A DNA stretch of 63,651 nt, counting the filler, from Octopus bimaculoides (taxonomy: Eukaryota), in NCBI RefSeq assembly GCF_001194135.2. It is 5 parts of 5 records of this genome, joined end to end, with 100 filler letters (N's around TTAATTAATTAA, not from the genome) between each part and the next. Parts side by side here need not be neighbours in the genome. Positions count along the whole stretch, not along the records: positions 26,757 to 48,120 come from NC_068984.1; positions 48,221 to 55,313 come from NW_026370972.1; 3 more parts are not named here. One strand, written 5' to 3'. The notes beneath the pieces were generated by a model. It searched no databases, was not told the DNA's origin, and saw only the letters and a list, made by a program, of their open reading frames with translations. Positions within the stretch are counted from its first letter, which is position 1. Every line of letters starts with the position of its first letter. Shown here in pieces: positions 40,559 to 53,378 of this stretch. Position numbers and translations under genes: made by a program.

Positions 40559-41592
40559 TTGACGAATCATAATGGCGTCTTGGTAAACGAACCCGAGAAA
40601 ATGTGTGAGGCCTTTCGGAAGTACTTCGCCCAGCTTTTCGGGGGTGACGGCGGTCCTTGTGGTGAGAGAGCTCTCGAGAACTTTCTTGCCGGTCTACCGT
40701 GTCTCTCGGGGTCGGATGCGGAGTCTTGCGAATGGCCAATCACCCCTGGGGAAGTGATGGAGGCTTTGGCCGACTGTAAAGCGGGTAGATCGCCGGGACT
40801 TGATGGTCTTCCGTACGAGCTGTATAAATGTATGCCAGACTTGTTCGGGCATCTACTGGCTGACGTTTACGCGAACTGGCAACAGAATGGGTTTATCCCC
40901 AGATTTGTGCGACGGGGAGTAGTGACATTGGTCAGAAAGGACCCGGATATGGGGGACGTAATAGAGAATTTGAGGCCCATCACTCTGTTAAACGCAGAAG
41001 TGAAGATTTTGGCTAAGATCCTAGCGAAAAGATGGTGCGTGTCGCGAATCGTATAGTCGGGGAGGCACAGACATATGCCATCCCAGGCAGAACCATCCAG
41101 GATACCCTCCATCTTATCCGCTATACCATAGAGAGGGTTGGTAATAAATCTGGCAAAGGTGGGGCATTGGTACATTTGGACCAGTCTAAAGCTTTTGATA
41201 GGGTTGACCATCGATACCTAGCGATTGTGCTTGCGCGGTTCGGCTTGGGCCTTGGCTTCCTCAGGTGGTTTATCGCTTTGTACCACAACATTGACTCGAT
41301 AGTTCAGGAGAACGGTTTCCTATGGAAGCCGTTTTGTATCAGACATTCGGTTCGTCAAGGATGTCCGCTCTCACCACTTTTGTATATGGTGGCTCTCGAG
41401 CAAAGGTTGAGTGGCATTCCGAGAGAACCAGGTCTAGAGGAGTTTGTTACGGCTTACGCGGATGATATCACTATCAGCGTGACCTCAGTAGCACGCCTAC
41501 GTGAAGTGGGTAAGACTATTGAGGCTTACGAGGAGGTATCAGGAGCAAAGATTAACCGGGATAGATTCTTCAGACAACTAGCAGATACATGA
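40559..41592 (+). pseudogene. Reverse transcriptase domain of the Tx1-like element (one frameshift near 41033)
   Basis: ORFs 40559-41056 and 41032-41592 join into one RT domain with a 1-nt frameshift. Confidence 0.9.
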
Positions 41593-42281
41593 ATTTCATT
41601 TAGCTGGTTNNNNNNNNNNNNNNNNNNNNNNNNNNNNNNNNNNNNNNNNNNNNNNNNNNNNNNNNNNNNNNNNNNNNNNNNNNNNNNNNNNNNNNNNNNN
41701 NNNNNNNNNNNNNNNNNNNNNNNNNNNNNNNNNNNNNNNNNNNNNNNNNNNNNNNNNNNNNNNNNNNNNNNNNNNNNNNNNNNNNNNNNNNNNNNNNNNN
41801 NNNNNNNNNNNNNNNNNNNNNNNNNNNNNNNNNNNNNNNNNNNNNNNNNNNNNNNNNNNNNNNNNNNNNNNNNNNNNNNNNNNNNNNNNNNNNNNNNNNN
41901 NNNNNNNNNNNNNNNNNNNNNNNNNNNNNNNNNNNNNNNNNNNNNNNNNNNNNNNNNNNNNNNNNNNNNNNNNNNNNNNNNNNNNNNNNNNNNNNNNNNN
42001 NNNNNNNNNNNNNNNNNNNNNNNNNNNNNNNNNNNNNNNNNNNNNNNNNNNNNNNNNNNNNNNNNNNNNNNNNNNNNNNNNNNNNNNNNNNNNNNNNNNN
42101 NNNNNNNNNNNNNNNNNNNNNNNNNNNNNNNNNNNNNNNNNNNNNNNNNNNNNNNNNNNNNNNNNNNNNNNNNNNNNNNNNNNNNNNNNNNNNNNNNNNN
42201 NNNNNNNNNNNNNNNNNNNNNNNNNNNNNNNNNNNNNNNNNNNNNNNNNNNNNNNNNNNNNNNNNNNNNGGTAGAGTCTGA

Positions 42282-42844
42282 ATGCGACGATGGCCTGGGG
42301 CGACTCTAGGTCTCAGGTTTATTCAACTGGACAGCCTGTTTCACCGTACATTCGGGTTGAGAACGTTGGACAACTTGCAAAAGTCCATAACCTGGCAATG
42401 CTACAGAGGTGCCTTGCCCGTTTGGGATAAGCTCGCAAGACACGGTAAGCGTCAGTCGCCGACCTGTCCAAGATGCGGGGGAGACAGGGAAACCGTCTCT
42501 CACGCTATTGTTCAATGTCCGGAGATATCTGAAATGTGGGCTTTCGCTGAACACTTGTTGTCCGGCGAAGGAAGAGTACAGCTGTCGACTGAGTCAATTA
42601 TAAAAATTGACCCACCCAATTATAAAAATTGACAAACGAAGGTAAGAATTGTTTTCTCACGGTTGTAGAAATAGCGAAAGAGGCAGTATGGAAAACAAGG
42701 ATAAAAGGGATAAAGACGGGCAACTTTATCTCCGGCCACGATTTACAATCATTTACTTTTCATTTGAAAAGGAAGTTGTGGCTGGAGAAGAGATATGGAA
42801 GCATGTTGCACGAGTGTTGTGCGTGCAAGGAACCGTGTGAATAG
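42282..42844 (+). pseudogene. C-terminal zinc-finger region of the Tx1-like ORF2 (frameshift near 42625)
   Basis: TWQCYRGALPV...CPRC...HAIVQC, then ..FLTVVEIAKEAVWKTR..G....LQSFTFHLKRK in the next frame. Confidence 0.85.
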
Positions 42845-43076
42845 ACGAAAAAAAAAAAAGAACAAAAAAGGTACCAGCGATAGATCGGGGCTTCTGAGGT
42901 CGGAGCGTGGCCTGATCATCGCTTCATTTGTATTATCCCTGTTAATTCCATTCAATTTTTTATATTTTATTTAATTTTTAAAAGTCACATTAAATGTAAA
43001 ATCATACCGCATTACTGATCCCATCAGTTGTTCTGTCCATTTCTATGTTTAGCCCCCGGTGGGCAATAAAGAAATT

Positions 43077-43244
43077 GGTATTTCGTCTGTCTTTACGTTC
43101 TGAGTTCAAATTCCGCCGAGGTCGACTTTGCCTTTAATCCTTTCGGGGTCGATAAATTAAGTACTAGTTGCGTACTATGGTCGAACTAATCGACTGGCCC
43201 CCTCCTCAAAAATTTCGGGCCTTGTGCCTAGAGTAGAAAAGAAT
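43077..43244 (+). mobile_element. SINE-A 3' portion, right half of the split copy
   Basis: ggtatttcgtctgtctttacgttctgagttcaaattccgccgaggtcgac...gggccttgtgcctagagtagaaaagaat continues exactly from 40556, sharing GGT. Confidence 0.92.
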
Positions 43245-45994
43245 CATGTAGATATTGGCAAGAATGTATCAGAATATATTATTCAATATTTACTTGCCAA
43301 AACTAAGAACTATAAGATTCAAAAATGTTCATATTTAAAATAACAAGACAAACCGCTCTAACAACAAAATTAAAAGCAACAACAACTACGGTAACGTTCT
43401 GCTTTGCTCGGAACAAGGTTGAAAAATATCTCCTGCTACCACATATACCCAGTATCATACTGATTCAAACAAATGTAACATGCGGGATGCTGTGTTATAA
43501 GGTGGTAGAGCACGAAACCATTGCTTCCTCAGTTACGAAACTTCATAGCAGGTAAGCTAACAAAAGTAAAGGTAGATGCATAGAGAAGTAGAAAACAGAA
43601 AGGCAAAGAAAAATAAACGGATAATGATAGACAGAGTAGGAGAGGAAAAGAGAAGGAGTGCGGTATCCTTTGGCAAGTCCTTCTGTCTCACATTCCGTAC
43701 ATAACTAGCAACGGAGACGGAATGAAAACACAAGACGGGGAAAACACACTTGGCACCACGTATCCAGGATTCGAATCCAAAAGACACACTCACAACGCCC
43801 ACGCACATACTTATATATATATGCAAACATGCATAGATATACATGTGTACAAACACACAATCACACACACACCATTCAGAAGCAGAGGGAAATTCACAGA
43901 TCCACACATCACACAGTTGGATGCACCCGAAGTTGAAGTGTGTATGTAAATATAGGCATATTAACTTACACCAACATAAGCAAGGACAAACACATAAATT
44001 TCTATGGACGAAGGTATGATTGGTTGGGTAAGAGTTTCGCTTCACAGAACACATAATTCTGGGTTCAATCACAAAACCCAGCACTTTGGCCTATTGCCTC
44101 CCGGCAAAACCTCGGGTCCCTAAAATCCTCGGAAGTGAGAACTGCAATATTAAAACTGAGCATGTATGCATACGTGCATGCAATCGTACACTCATGGATA
44201 TATATGTGTGCATTTACATATATATATATAGGTGTGTCTGTGTATATGAATTATGTGTGCGTGCATGTGTGTGTGTGTGTGTGTGTGTGTGTATCGACAT
44301 GGGATGGCACAATCGATGTGGTTAATAAAAGAATTTTGTAGTTTATTGCATTCAATTATATGTTTTCCTATTTCATCTATTATTGGGAGTTACATGAATG
44401 GNNNNNNNNNNNNNNNNNNNNNNNNNNNNNNNNNNNNNNNNNNNNNNNNNNNNNNNNNNNNNNNNNNNNNNNNNNNNNNNNNNNNNNNNNNNNNNNNNNN
44501 NNNNNNNNNNNNNNNNNNNNNNNNNNNNNNNNNNNNNNNNNNNNNNNNNNNNNNNNNNNNNNNNNNNNNNNNNNNNNNNNNNNNNNNNNNNNNNNNNNNN
44601 NNNNNNNNNNNNNNNNNNNNNNNNNNNNNNNNNNNNNNNNNNNNNNNNNNNNNNNNNNNNNNNNNNNNNNNNNNNNNNNNNNNNNNNNNNNNNNNNNNNN
44701 NNNNNNNNNNNNNNNNNNNNNNNNNNNNNNNNNNNNNNNNNNNNNNNNNNNNNNNNNNNNNNNNNNNNNNNNNNNNNNNNNNNNNNNNNNNNNNNNNNNN
44801 NNNNNNNNNNNNNNNNNNNNNNNNNNNNNNNNNNNNNNNNNNNNNNNNNTGTATATGTGTAAATTAAGAATGGTTGTATATGTGTATGTAATGTTTTTAA
44901 GTGTGAGCTAGTGTTCTGTCAAAAGGCATATCAGCTTATGTGTAAGCTTATAGATCGAATGTCAATGTGAAACAGCATGCTTGTGTATGTGTGTGTGTAT
45001 GTCTGTATGTATGTGTGTGTATGTATGTGTGTGTATGTATGTGTGTGTGTATGTGTGTGTGTATGTATGTGTGTGTATGTATGTGTGTGTGTATGTATGT
45101 GTGTCTATGTATGTGTGTGTATGTATGTGTGTATGTATGTGTGTGTGTATGTATGTGTGTGCATGTATGTGTGTGTGTATGTATGTGTGTGTGAGTGTGT
45201 GTCTGGTTGAGCGTTTAAGCGGGCGCGTGCTTGTGTGCGCTCATGTGAGAGTATGTAACTCTTGAGTGCGCGTGTATGTTGTGGCATACACACACACACA
45301 CACACATACACACACACATATATATATACGTACACACCACACATAAATGCAAACATGCATATACACATACATATTTAGAAACATGCTTACACACACGCGC
45401 ACGTATATATATTCACGTATATATTAGCGTTAAAGAGTGTACGAGTGTGTATGCTAATTTTAAACATACGCTCGGTATTGTTCTTAAAGTTCCATATACA
45501 TACGCAATGCATTATCCAGAACGGCAGCATAAAGGGAGACAACAACAACAATTATAAGAACAACTGCTGCAACAACAACAACAATAGCAATTGTAACAAT
45601 AACAATGTTGCTATCCCATAACCGATATTCCACATGGTTGCTCAATAAAATAACCAAAACAGGGCGGTATTGTCTTGTCGCTAGGGGTCGCTCCGGTTCG
45701 TTCATACACACCCATAATACAATTTCTACTTGATGAATTCAATAGCTTTTCAATGTACAGTTCAGGTAGAAAGAAAACATATGACGTAGAAAACAGTTTC
45801 TCATTTAACTGGAGTATACGTGTATACGTACGTGTATACGTACGTGTATACGTACATACATACATACATACATACATACATACATACATACATACACACA
45901 CACACATATATACATACACACACACACACACATATGTANNNNNNNNNNCACATATGTATATAAACAATTGCATATACATGTATCTATAGTAAGT

Positions 45995-46045
<51 letters not shown>

Positions 46046-47454
46046 AATAGATAAATATAAACATACATATAGATGCATATATATATGTGTATATACAGAA
46101 ATATACTACACACACACATTTATACAGATTATATATGTATATGTGTGTGTGTGTATATGTGTGAGTAGATAGACAGACAAACAAACAGATGGATAGATAG
46201 ATATGCATACACATACACTCACACACACACACACACACACGCTTGCACACACAAATAGCACATACACTCACTCACACACACGCACACACATATATACATA
46301 TACACATATGTGTAAGTACGTACACAGGCTCTATGAATGGCCGTTTGGAAAGTACATTAATATTTAGATTTACCGAACATCTTTTATATATATAGACGCG
46401 GATGTTTGTTTATTTTTGCTTTGTTTTTTCATTTTTTTTTTTTTGTCACTTCAGTATGTACCGTACATAAGTGTCTGTATGTCTTTCCGTATGTGCAAAT
46501 GTCTGTTTGGGTGTGATTGATTTATTCTCTAAGAATAGAACCTGCAAAAAGCAAGCAAACAAAAGCGCGACAGAAACGCTATGGCAACGTATAGATAATT
46601 GTTGCAACAGATAATGATAATAATACATAACGATTTATTAAATCGTTAATGATGGTAATGATAATAATGATTTCTTAATTTTCCTGCAGTGCAAGAAGTG
46701 CACAATAGAAGAAATAATAGTGAGGGCAAGGAGTCTGATCGCATCTATGTAGTTCCAAGTTCAACTCCACTACACAACATATGGAGAAATGTCTTTTTCA
46801 TGGATTCTATTTGACAAATGCTTTGGATAGAGAAATTTGGTTGGCGGAAAATGCAGATGAGCGTCATTTGTGTGTGAGTGCGAGTATGTAAATGTGTGTG
46901 ATAGTGTGTGTGTGCTTGTGTGTGCATGTTTATATACATACATATATACATACCATGTTCTCCGTTTTTATTTTTTGTTTTTGTCTTTGTTGCGGTACAC
47001 ATTCGCTAGCTTATTTACAAAGGGGTCTAATGCTCTTAGCCTAGACTTTTTTTTTGGGGGGGGGGGGTGCAACCAGATCGACCATCTCAAGTGTAACTTT
47101 CCTAAATGGTCGTGACTTCTGGTACTTTACTGAGGAAAGAAAGCTAATTGTGGTTTCTCTTGTCCGCCTTTGAATCGTCTATCTGTCCGAAAGTTTTTGT
47201 TCAATTCTTATATCTATATATACATACAAACCTATATACATGCATACATACATACATATACACACACACACGCACACACATGTATATAATGACTAATATT
47301 TAAAAATAGAGTGAGTAAATAATTAAAAAAAATTTTCATTGTAGTTGAATACAATCAGTCATACATTAGTATGAAATAATTCCAAGAACTAATGGTTAAT
47401 TTTCATGTGCAATCATATTCATATCCCCCAATGAGCTCTATGTGAATGAATTTT

Positions 47455-47504
<50 letters not shown>

Positions 47505-47945
47505 AAACGAAAGGCAAGAAAGGAAAACTAAGGCATTTGAAAATATTAAAATGAATCCTAAATCTTTCTATAAATTTTCAAAAGAATCTGACTCAGTGCG
47601 CTACAAGATAAGGCCAGTATTTCAAAAAAATGGTCACTGACTGTAGACCCAGTGAGAAGTGAATTATGAAATGAACAATTCCGAAATGTTTTCACTTCCT
47701 CTCTGGGAGATATGCAAATAAGCAAACTTGAAGAATTCTTCAAGTTTGCGGATTTACCCAAAAATGTGGTGGCCATCGTCTACATCAACATAAAGGAACA
47801 AGATATAATATCGGCCATTAATTAGATAAAAACGAACTTACAACTGGCTCAGATAGATTTCTGGCTATTCTTTAAAATATATGCAAGAAAGCTCCCGGAA
47901 AACCACCGCAGATACTCTTTCAGAGTTCCCTTGCATGTGGCGAAC
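47505..47945 (+). pseudogene. CR1-type LINE fragment, linker upstream of RT
   Basis: AFENIKMNPKSFYKFSK...NEQFRNVFT...IKEQDIISAIN...ICKKAP.KPPQILFQSSL, in broken frames; flanked by (TG)n and (CTT)n. Confidence 0.7.
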
Positions 47946-48120
47946 TTCCCAAAATGTTAAACGGTATAATATGCCTTCTTCTTCTTCTTCTTCTTCTTCT
48001 TCTTCTTCTTCTTCTTCTTCTTCTTCTTCTTCTTCTTCTTCTTCTTTCATTGCAGACAAATAACAGCTTCCAAGCAGAAAAACGTCGCGTCATTTGATCC
48101 TTGACGGAGAAGTGCAGGTT

Positions 48121-48220
48121 NNNNNNNNNNNNNNNNNNNNNNNNNNNNNNNNNNNNNNNNNNNNTTAATTAATTAANNNNNNNNNNNNNNNNNNNNNNNN
48201 NNNNNNNNNNNNNNNNNNNN
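48121..48220. other. Assembly spacer N44-TTAATTAATTAA-N44
   Basis: Exact 100-bp structure. Confidence 0.95.
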
Positions 48221-48254
48221 TATATACATATACATATGCATATACACACATGTG

Positions 48255-48500
48255 CAGGTGTGTGACCTGGTGGTTAAGCTGTTGCACTCACAATTCCTAG
48301 ATCATGGGTTTGATTCCCAGGCCGGGTGACATGTGTTCTTGAACAAGACACTTCATTTCACGTTGGTCCTGTCCCCCTTTCAATTAGGGGAGAATGTTGA
48401 CCTACTTGCCTAGGTACCAGGGTGGCATTATTCAAAGGCTAAAACAACTCAAAGCGCATTGTGACCAGCGATGTGTAACAATATCTGACAATCTTGGTTG
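48255..48500 (+). mobile_element. SINE-C-related copy
   Basis: tggtggttaagctgttgcactcacaattcctagatcatgggtttgattcccaggccggg...gttcttgaacaagacacttcatttcacgttg. Confidence 0.7.
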
Positions 48501-48589
48501 GCTCCATTTAATTGATATTAATATTAATATATATATACACAGGTAGAGTTGTTATTAGGCTTTTATGCAGACATTATATATATCATCAT

Positions 48590-48658
48590 CATCATCATCA
48601 TTGTTTAACGTCCGCTTTCCATGCTAGCATGGGTTGGACGATTTGACTGAGGACTGGT
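48590..48658 (-). repeat. Family D 3' terminus with (ATG)n tail
   Basis: catcatcattgtttaacgtccgctttccatgctagcatgggttggacg matches 49715-49760. Confidence 0.75.
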
Positions 48659-49425
48659 ATATATATATATATATATATATATATNNNNNNNNNNNNNNNN
48701 NNNNNNNNNNNNNNNNNNNNNNNNNNNNNNNNNNNNNNNNNNNNNNNNNNNNNNNNNNNNNNNNNNNNNNNNNNNNNNNNNNNNNNNNNNNNNNNNNNNN
48801 NNNNNNNNNNNNNNNNNNNNNNNNNNNNNNNNNNNNNNNNNNNNNNNNNNNNNNNNNNNNNNNNNNNNNNNNNNNNNNNNNNNNNNNNNNNNNNNNNNNN
48901 NNNNNNNNNNNNNNNNNNNNNNNNNNNNNNNNNNNNNNNNNNNNNNNNNNNNNNNNNNNNNNNNNNNNNNNNNNNNNNNNNNNNNNNNNNNNNNNNNNNN
49001 NNNNNNNNNNNNNNNNNNNNNNNNNNNNNNNNNNNNNNNNNNNNNNNNNNNNNNNNNNNNNNNNNNNNNNNNNNNNNNNNNNNNNNNNNNNNNNNNNNNN
49101 NNNNNNNNNNNNNNNNNNNNNNNNNNNNNNNNNNNNNNNNNNNNNNNNNNNNNNNNNNNNNNNNNNNNNNNNNNNNNNNNNNNNNNNNNNNNNNNNNNNN
49201 NNNNNNNNNNNNNNNNNNNNNNNNNNNNNNNNNNNNNNNNNNNNNNNNNNNNNNNNNNNNNNNNNNNNNNNNNNNNNNNNNNNNNNNNNNNNNNNNNNNN
49301 NNNNNNNNNNNNNNNNNNNNNNNNNNNNNNNNNNNNNNNNNNNNNNNNNNNNNNNNNNNNNNNNNNNNNNNNNNNNNNNNNNNNNNNNNNNNNNNNNNNN
49401 NNNNNNNNNNNNNNNNNNNNNNNNN

Positions 49426-49619
49426 TTTGTGTTTGTCCCCCCAACATCACTTAACAACCGATGCTGGTGTTTACGTCCCTGTAACTTAGCGATTCGGCAA
49501 AAGAGACTGATAGAATAAGTACTAGGCTTACAAAGAATAAGTCCTGGGGTCGATTTGCTCAACTAAAGGCGGTGCTCCAGCATGGCCGCAGTCAAATGAC
49601 TGAAACAAGTAAAAGAGTA
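49426..49619 (+). mobile_element. SINE-B 3' half after a gap
   Basis: Near-identical to 8220-8436. Confidence 0.9.
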
Positions 49620-49699
49620 ATATATATATATATTATATATATATATACATATATGTGTGTGTGTTTATATGTGTGTATGTGTGTGTGTATATATATCTT

Positions 49700-50460
49700 C
49701 TTTCTTCTTCTTCGTCATTTAACGTCCATTTTCCATGCTGGCATGGGCTGGACGGTTTGAATGGGGGTCTGGGAAGCCAGGTGGCTGCAGCAGGCTCCAA
49801 TCTGATCTGGCAATGTTTCTACACCTGGATGCCCTTCCTACACATATATATGTATGCATGTATGTATGTGTGTGTATACATGTGTGTGTATGTATGCAAA
49901 CGTATGTGTATGCGCGTGTGTACGTTTGTATTCTGCATATTCGTGTGTTTGTGTGTTCATGTTTGTGCATGTGCGTGTTTTTGTATTTGTGTGTGTGTAT
50001 GTGTATTTCTGTGTGTACCTCTGTCTCCTTGTGTGTGCATTTTGAGTGTGTCTATGTGTATGGGTTTGTGTGACTATGTATGTGCATCTGTTATGTATGG
50101 ATGTGTGTCTCCATGTGTCCTCATGTGTGTGCGTGCATAAAGCGTGTGTGTGGTCATGTGTTTCAGTCTTCATTTGTGTATGTGTGTGTGTGTGGCAATG
50201 TTTCTACAGCTGGATGCCTTTCCTAATGCCAACCAGTCTGAGAGTGTAGCGGGTGCTTTTTACATGCCACTGGCACAGGAGCCAGTCAGGCAGGCCTGTC
50301 AATAATCATGTTCGGATGGTGCTTTTTATGTGCCATTGGTACAGGAGCCAGTCAGGGGATACTGGCATCAATCACAATCGGTTACTGCTTTTTCATGCCG
50401 GTGGCAGGGAGCCAGTCAGGTAGAACTGGTATTGACCACATTCCAATGGTGCTTTTTACC
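49700..50460 (-). mobile_element. Family D (RTE-like 3' tail repeat), interrupted by a TG-rich tract and containing three internal tandem units of roughly 80 bp
   Basis: Minus strand ggaaaggcatccagctgtagaaac...ccatgccagcatggaaaatggacgttaaatga(cga/aga)n. The unit gtgctttttacatgccactggcacaggagccagtcagg recurs at ~50244, ~50320 and ~50390. Confidence 0.7.
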
Positions 50461-50602
50461 ACAAAAGGTGTATTTTCCTTTGCAAAAAAGTATAAAAAAC
50501 TGTCAGCTGGAGGAGGGAGATTTTGTCAGAGGTTGGCGAGAGAGGTTTTTGGAGGTTGTCGAGAGAGGTTGGCGGAGGGAGAGGCATCTTTGTTCCAAAA
50601 TT

Positions 50603-51098
50603 TCAGTCTTGCAGGGTTTTGTAATTCACAATATTTCTGGATTTCCAACTCTAGAGCTGTCCATGAGAAAGAGTAGGTACTGCAAGATTAAGGCCCACCA
50701 CTTCCAATGTCTGACTGTGTGCTTTGTTGATGCTCATTACAAAGTTTAATCTCAGTGGGAATTGTAGCCTTTTGAAATCAATTTATGTGTCGGAGAGAAT
50801 GAGAGGAATCTTTGGAATGAAAACATCTCCACCACTTGCTTTCCCAGTCAGTATTGTTACCTCCAACACTATCTGCATCAAATTTTTGATAATAAGTCTC
50901 GTGCCATTGCATAATTTTAGGAGATCAAGGTTTCTTAAAAGCATAACTGGGACTCCAACCTTTCATGCGGTGATAGACCTGAAGGTGCAAGGCTATTGAG
51001 GAATTCAACGTGGTAATAAACCGCATCATTGGTGTGGAGCACAGTATCAATTGACTTGTATGTCTAACAATCGCCAGGCAGTTGTTCCAGAAGGTGAT
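50603..51098 (-). pseudogene. Helitron RepHel PIF1-like helicase, C-terminal fragment
   Basis: [19 protein letters not shown]...[14 protein letters not shown] / [19 protein letters not shown]...FIPKIPLI...FKRLQFPLRLNFVMSINKAHSQTLEVVGLNL...SHGQL*, the canonical Helitron helicase terminus with stops. Confidence 0.92.
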
Positions 51099-51491
51099 TG
51101 TTTATGCCATTGACTGCAAGATAGCTTTGTGTCGCTTCAGGGGTTTCATTCTGTCGGGCCCTTGAAGATGCCTCTCTTTGGGCTGCAAGATGGCTTTGTG
51201 TCACCTCGGGAGTTTCATTTTGTTGTGCCCTTGTATTTCTTTGTCTTCAGCTGTCTCCTTATAAAAAAAAGATTTTTGGTATGCATGTTAAATGAATAAG
51301 GTATAAAAGTCATATTGTCTGCAAAAATTAGAAATTCGACACACTAAAAATCAATATTCAAATTAATCAAACATAAACAATGAAGCCTGTAAAATATTTC
51401 TAAATTCGATGCCTCAATTAGTTCCATCAAAATGTTGTATGAACTGTAAATAAGCAATAAATATTATGATTTCTAAAATAAGTATAACTGA

Positions 51492-51712
51492 TACAGGGTG
51501 TCCCAACTCAATGTGGTGTGGAAGTTTGGTTTCATTTTTTAAGAATTTTAAGCATTCAAAGTATGAGTTCATTGTATTGGGACACACTTGTTAAATATGT
51601 TCTGGAATCAAAAATTTATTTACTGTCATCGAAAAAGTTTAACTGGAAAAATGCAGAATTATAGGAGTTATGGGCATTCAAAGTGTAATCAAATTTAATT
51701 GAAAACCCTGCA
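51492..51712. mobile_element. Putative Tc1/mariner MITE
   Basis: Left end TA-CAGGGTGTCCCAA, right end TTGAAAACCCTG-CA (imperfect TIR), AT-rich interior. Confidence 0.55.
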
Positions 51713-52187
51713 TGCATTGCCAGCATTTAGCTATTTGGAGATGTTGAAAAAAATGTCTATTAATGCAATGTCTAAATTAATTACAGGAATATGTATATAA
51801 CTGTTTAGATATTGAAGTAGAATAGATGAAGAATAATAGTTTGGTTTAGTAAATATGAGCAAAAAAGTATGAATGTATATAAATGCAAGAATGAAGTCTT
51901 TAAGGTTTAAGATTTGAATCAAGAAAATGCAATAATAAGGTTTAGCAGTTCAAAACCATGAGTAATGCAATGCAGAACTAGATCCCCCGATCATGAGAAT
52001 CAAATATTAATCGCTTCGCTAAAAACTAACAACTGTAAGCGAAGGTGTTATGGGTTATTTCCCTTGGGTGTTGAAATAAAAAAAATATTGTGCAGATGCT
52101 ATGGGTTATTTCCCTTGAGTGTTTAAATAAACTGTTTTTATTTTCTTTCTGTTTATTTTCTTGTGTTCCTTTCTGCTNNNNNNNNNN

Positions 52188-52220
<33 letters not shown>

Positions 52221-52401
52221 TAAATATATATACACATATATAAATATATATATACATATATATATACACACATATATGTATATACATATATACACACATA
52301 TATGTATATACATATATACACGCACACATGCATATATATACACACACACATATATATACATATATATATGTATACATATATATATATGCATATATATATA
52401 C

Positions 52402-52472
<71 letters not shown>

Positions 52473-53131
52473 NNNNNNNNNNNNNNNNNNNNNNNNNNNN
52501 NNNNNNNNNNNNNNNNNNNNNNNNNNNNNNNNNNNNNNNNNNNNNNNNNNNNNNNNNNNNNNNNNNNNNNNNNNNNNNNNNNNNNNNNNNNNNNNNNNNN
52601 NNNNNNNNNNNNNNNNNNNNNNNNNNNNNNNNNNNNNNNNNNNNNNNNNNNNNNNNNNNNNNNNNNNNNNNNNNNNNNNNNNNNNNNNNNNNNNNNNNNN
52701 NNNNNNNNNNNNNNNNNNNNNNNNNNNNNNNNNNNNNNNNNNNNNNNNNNNNNNNNNNNNNNNNNNNNNNNNNNNNNNNNNNNNNNNNNNNNNNNNNNNN
52801 NNNNNNNNNNNNNNNNNNNNNNNNNNNNNNNNNNNNNNNNNNNNNNNNNNNNNNNNNNNNNNNNNNNNNNNNNNNNNNNNNNNNNNNNNNNNNNNNNNNN
52901 NNNNNNNNNNNNNNNNNNNNNNNNNNNNNNNNNNNNNNNNNNNNNNNNNNNNNNNNNNNNNNNNNNNNNNNNNNNNNNNNNNNNNNNNNNNNNNNNNNNN
53001 NNNNNNNNNNNNNNNNNNNNNNNNNNNNNNNNNNNNNNNNNNNNNNNNNNNNNNNNNNNNNNNNNNNNNNNNNNNNNNNNNNNNNNNNNNNNNNNNNNNN
53101 NNNNNNNNNNNNNNNNNNNNNNNNNNNNNNN

Positions 53132-53174
<43 letters not shown>

Positions 53175-53378
53175 GTTATGAAGGGTATTAGATTCAACCA
53201 AACCCAAAGATACAGGTAATACCAAGTAAGTGCTGTTTACCGGCTAGTTTTGCCCCTTTCGTTGTATAAACATGAGTGGGGAATATAACATAAGTCGTGT
53301 ATTAGCGTGTGTATGTATAAAGAGAGAAAAGGATATAGAGAACAATGGCAAAGTTAGAAATATATATTATGGATAAAT

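Larger units (their letters stand above)
40557..43076 (+). mobile_element. 5'-truncated L1/Tx1-like LINE (RT, C-terminal CCHC-type finger, 3' UTR), with an N gap at 41610-42269
   Basis: RT motifs SPGLDGLPYE, RPITLLNAEVKILAK, LDQSKAFDRVDH, SVRQGCPLSPLLY and AYADDI. C-terminal CPRCGGDRETVSHAIVQC. The 3' end carries a GCCC-N5-GGGC hairpin and AATAAA. Confidence 0.92.

Noticed and set aside
45816-45856. 12-bp near-palindromic repeat (cgtgtatacgta)x3
   Set aside because: It merges into (TACA)n and is best explained as a microsatellite derivative.
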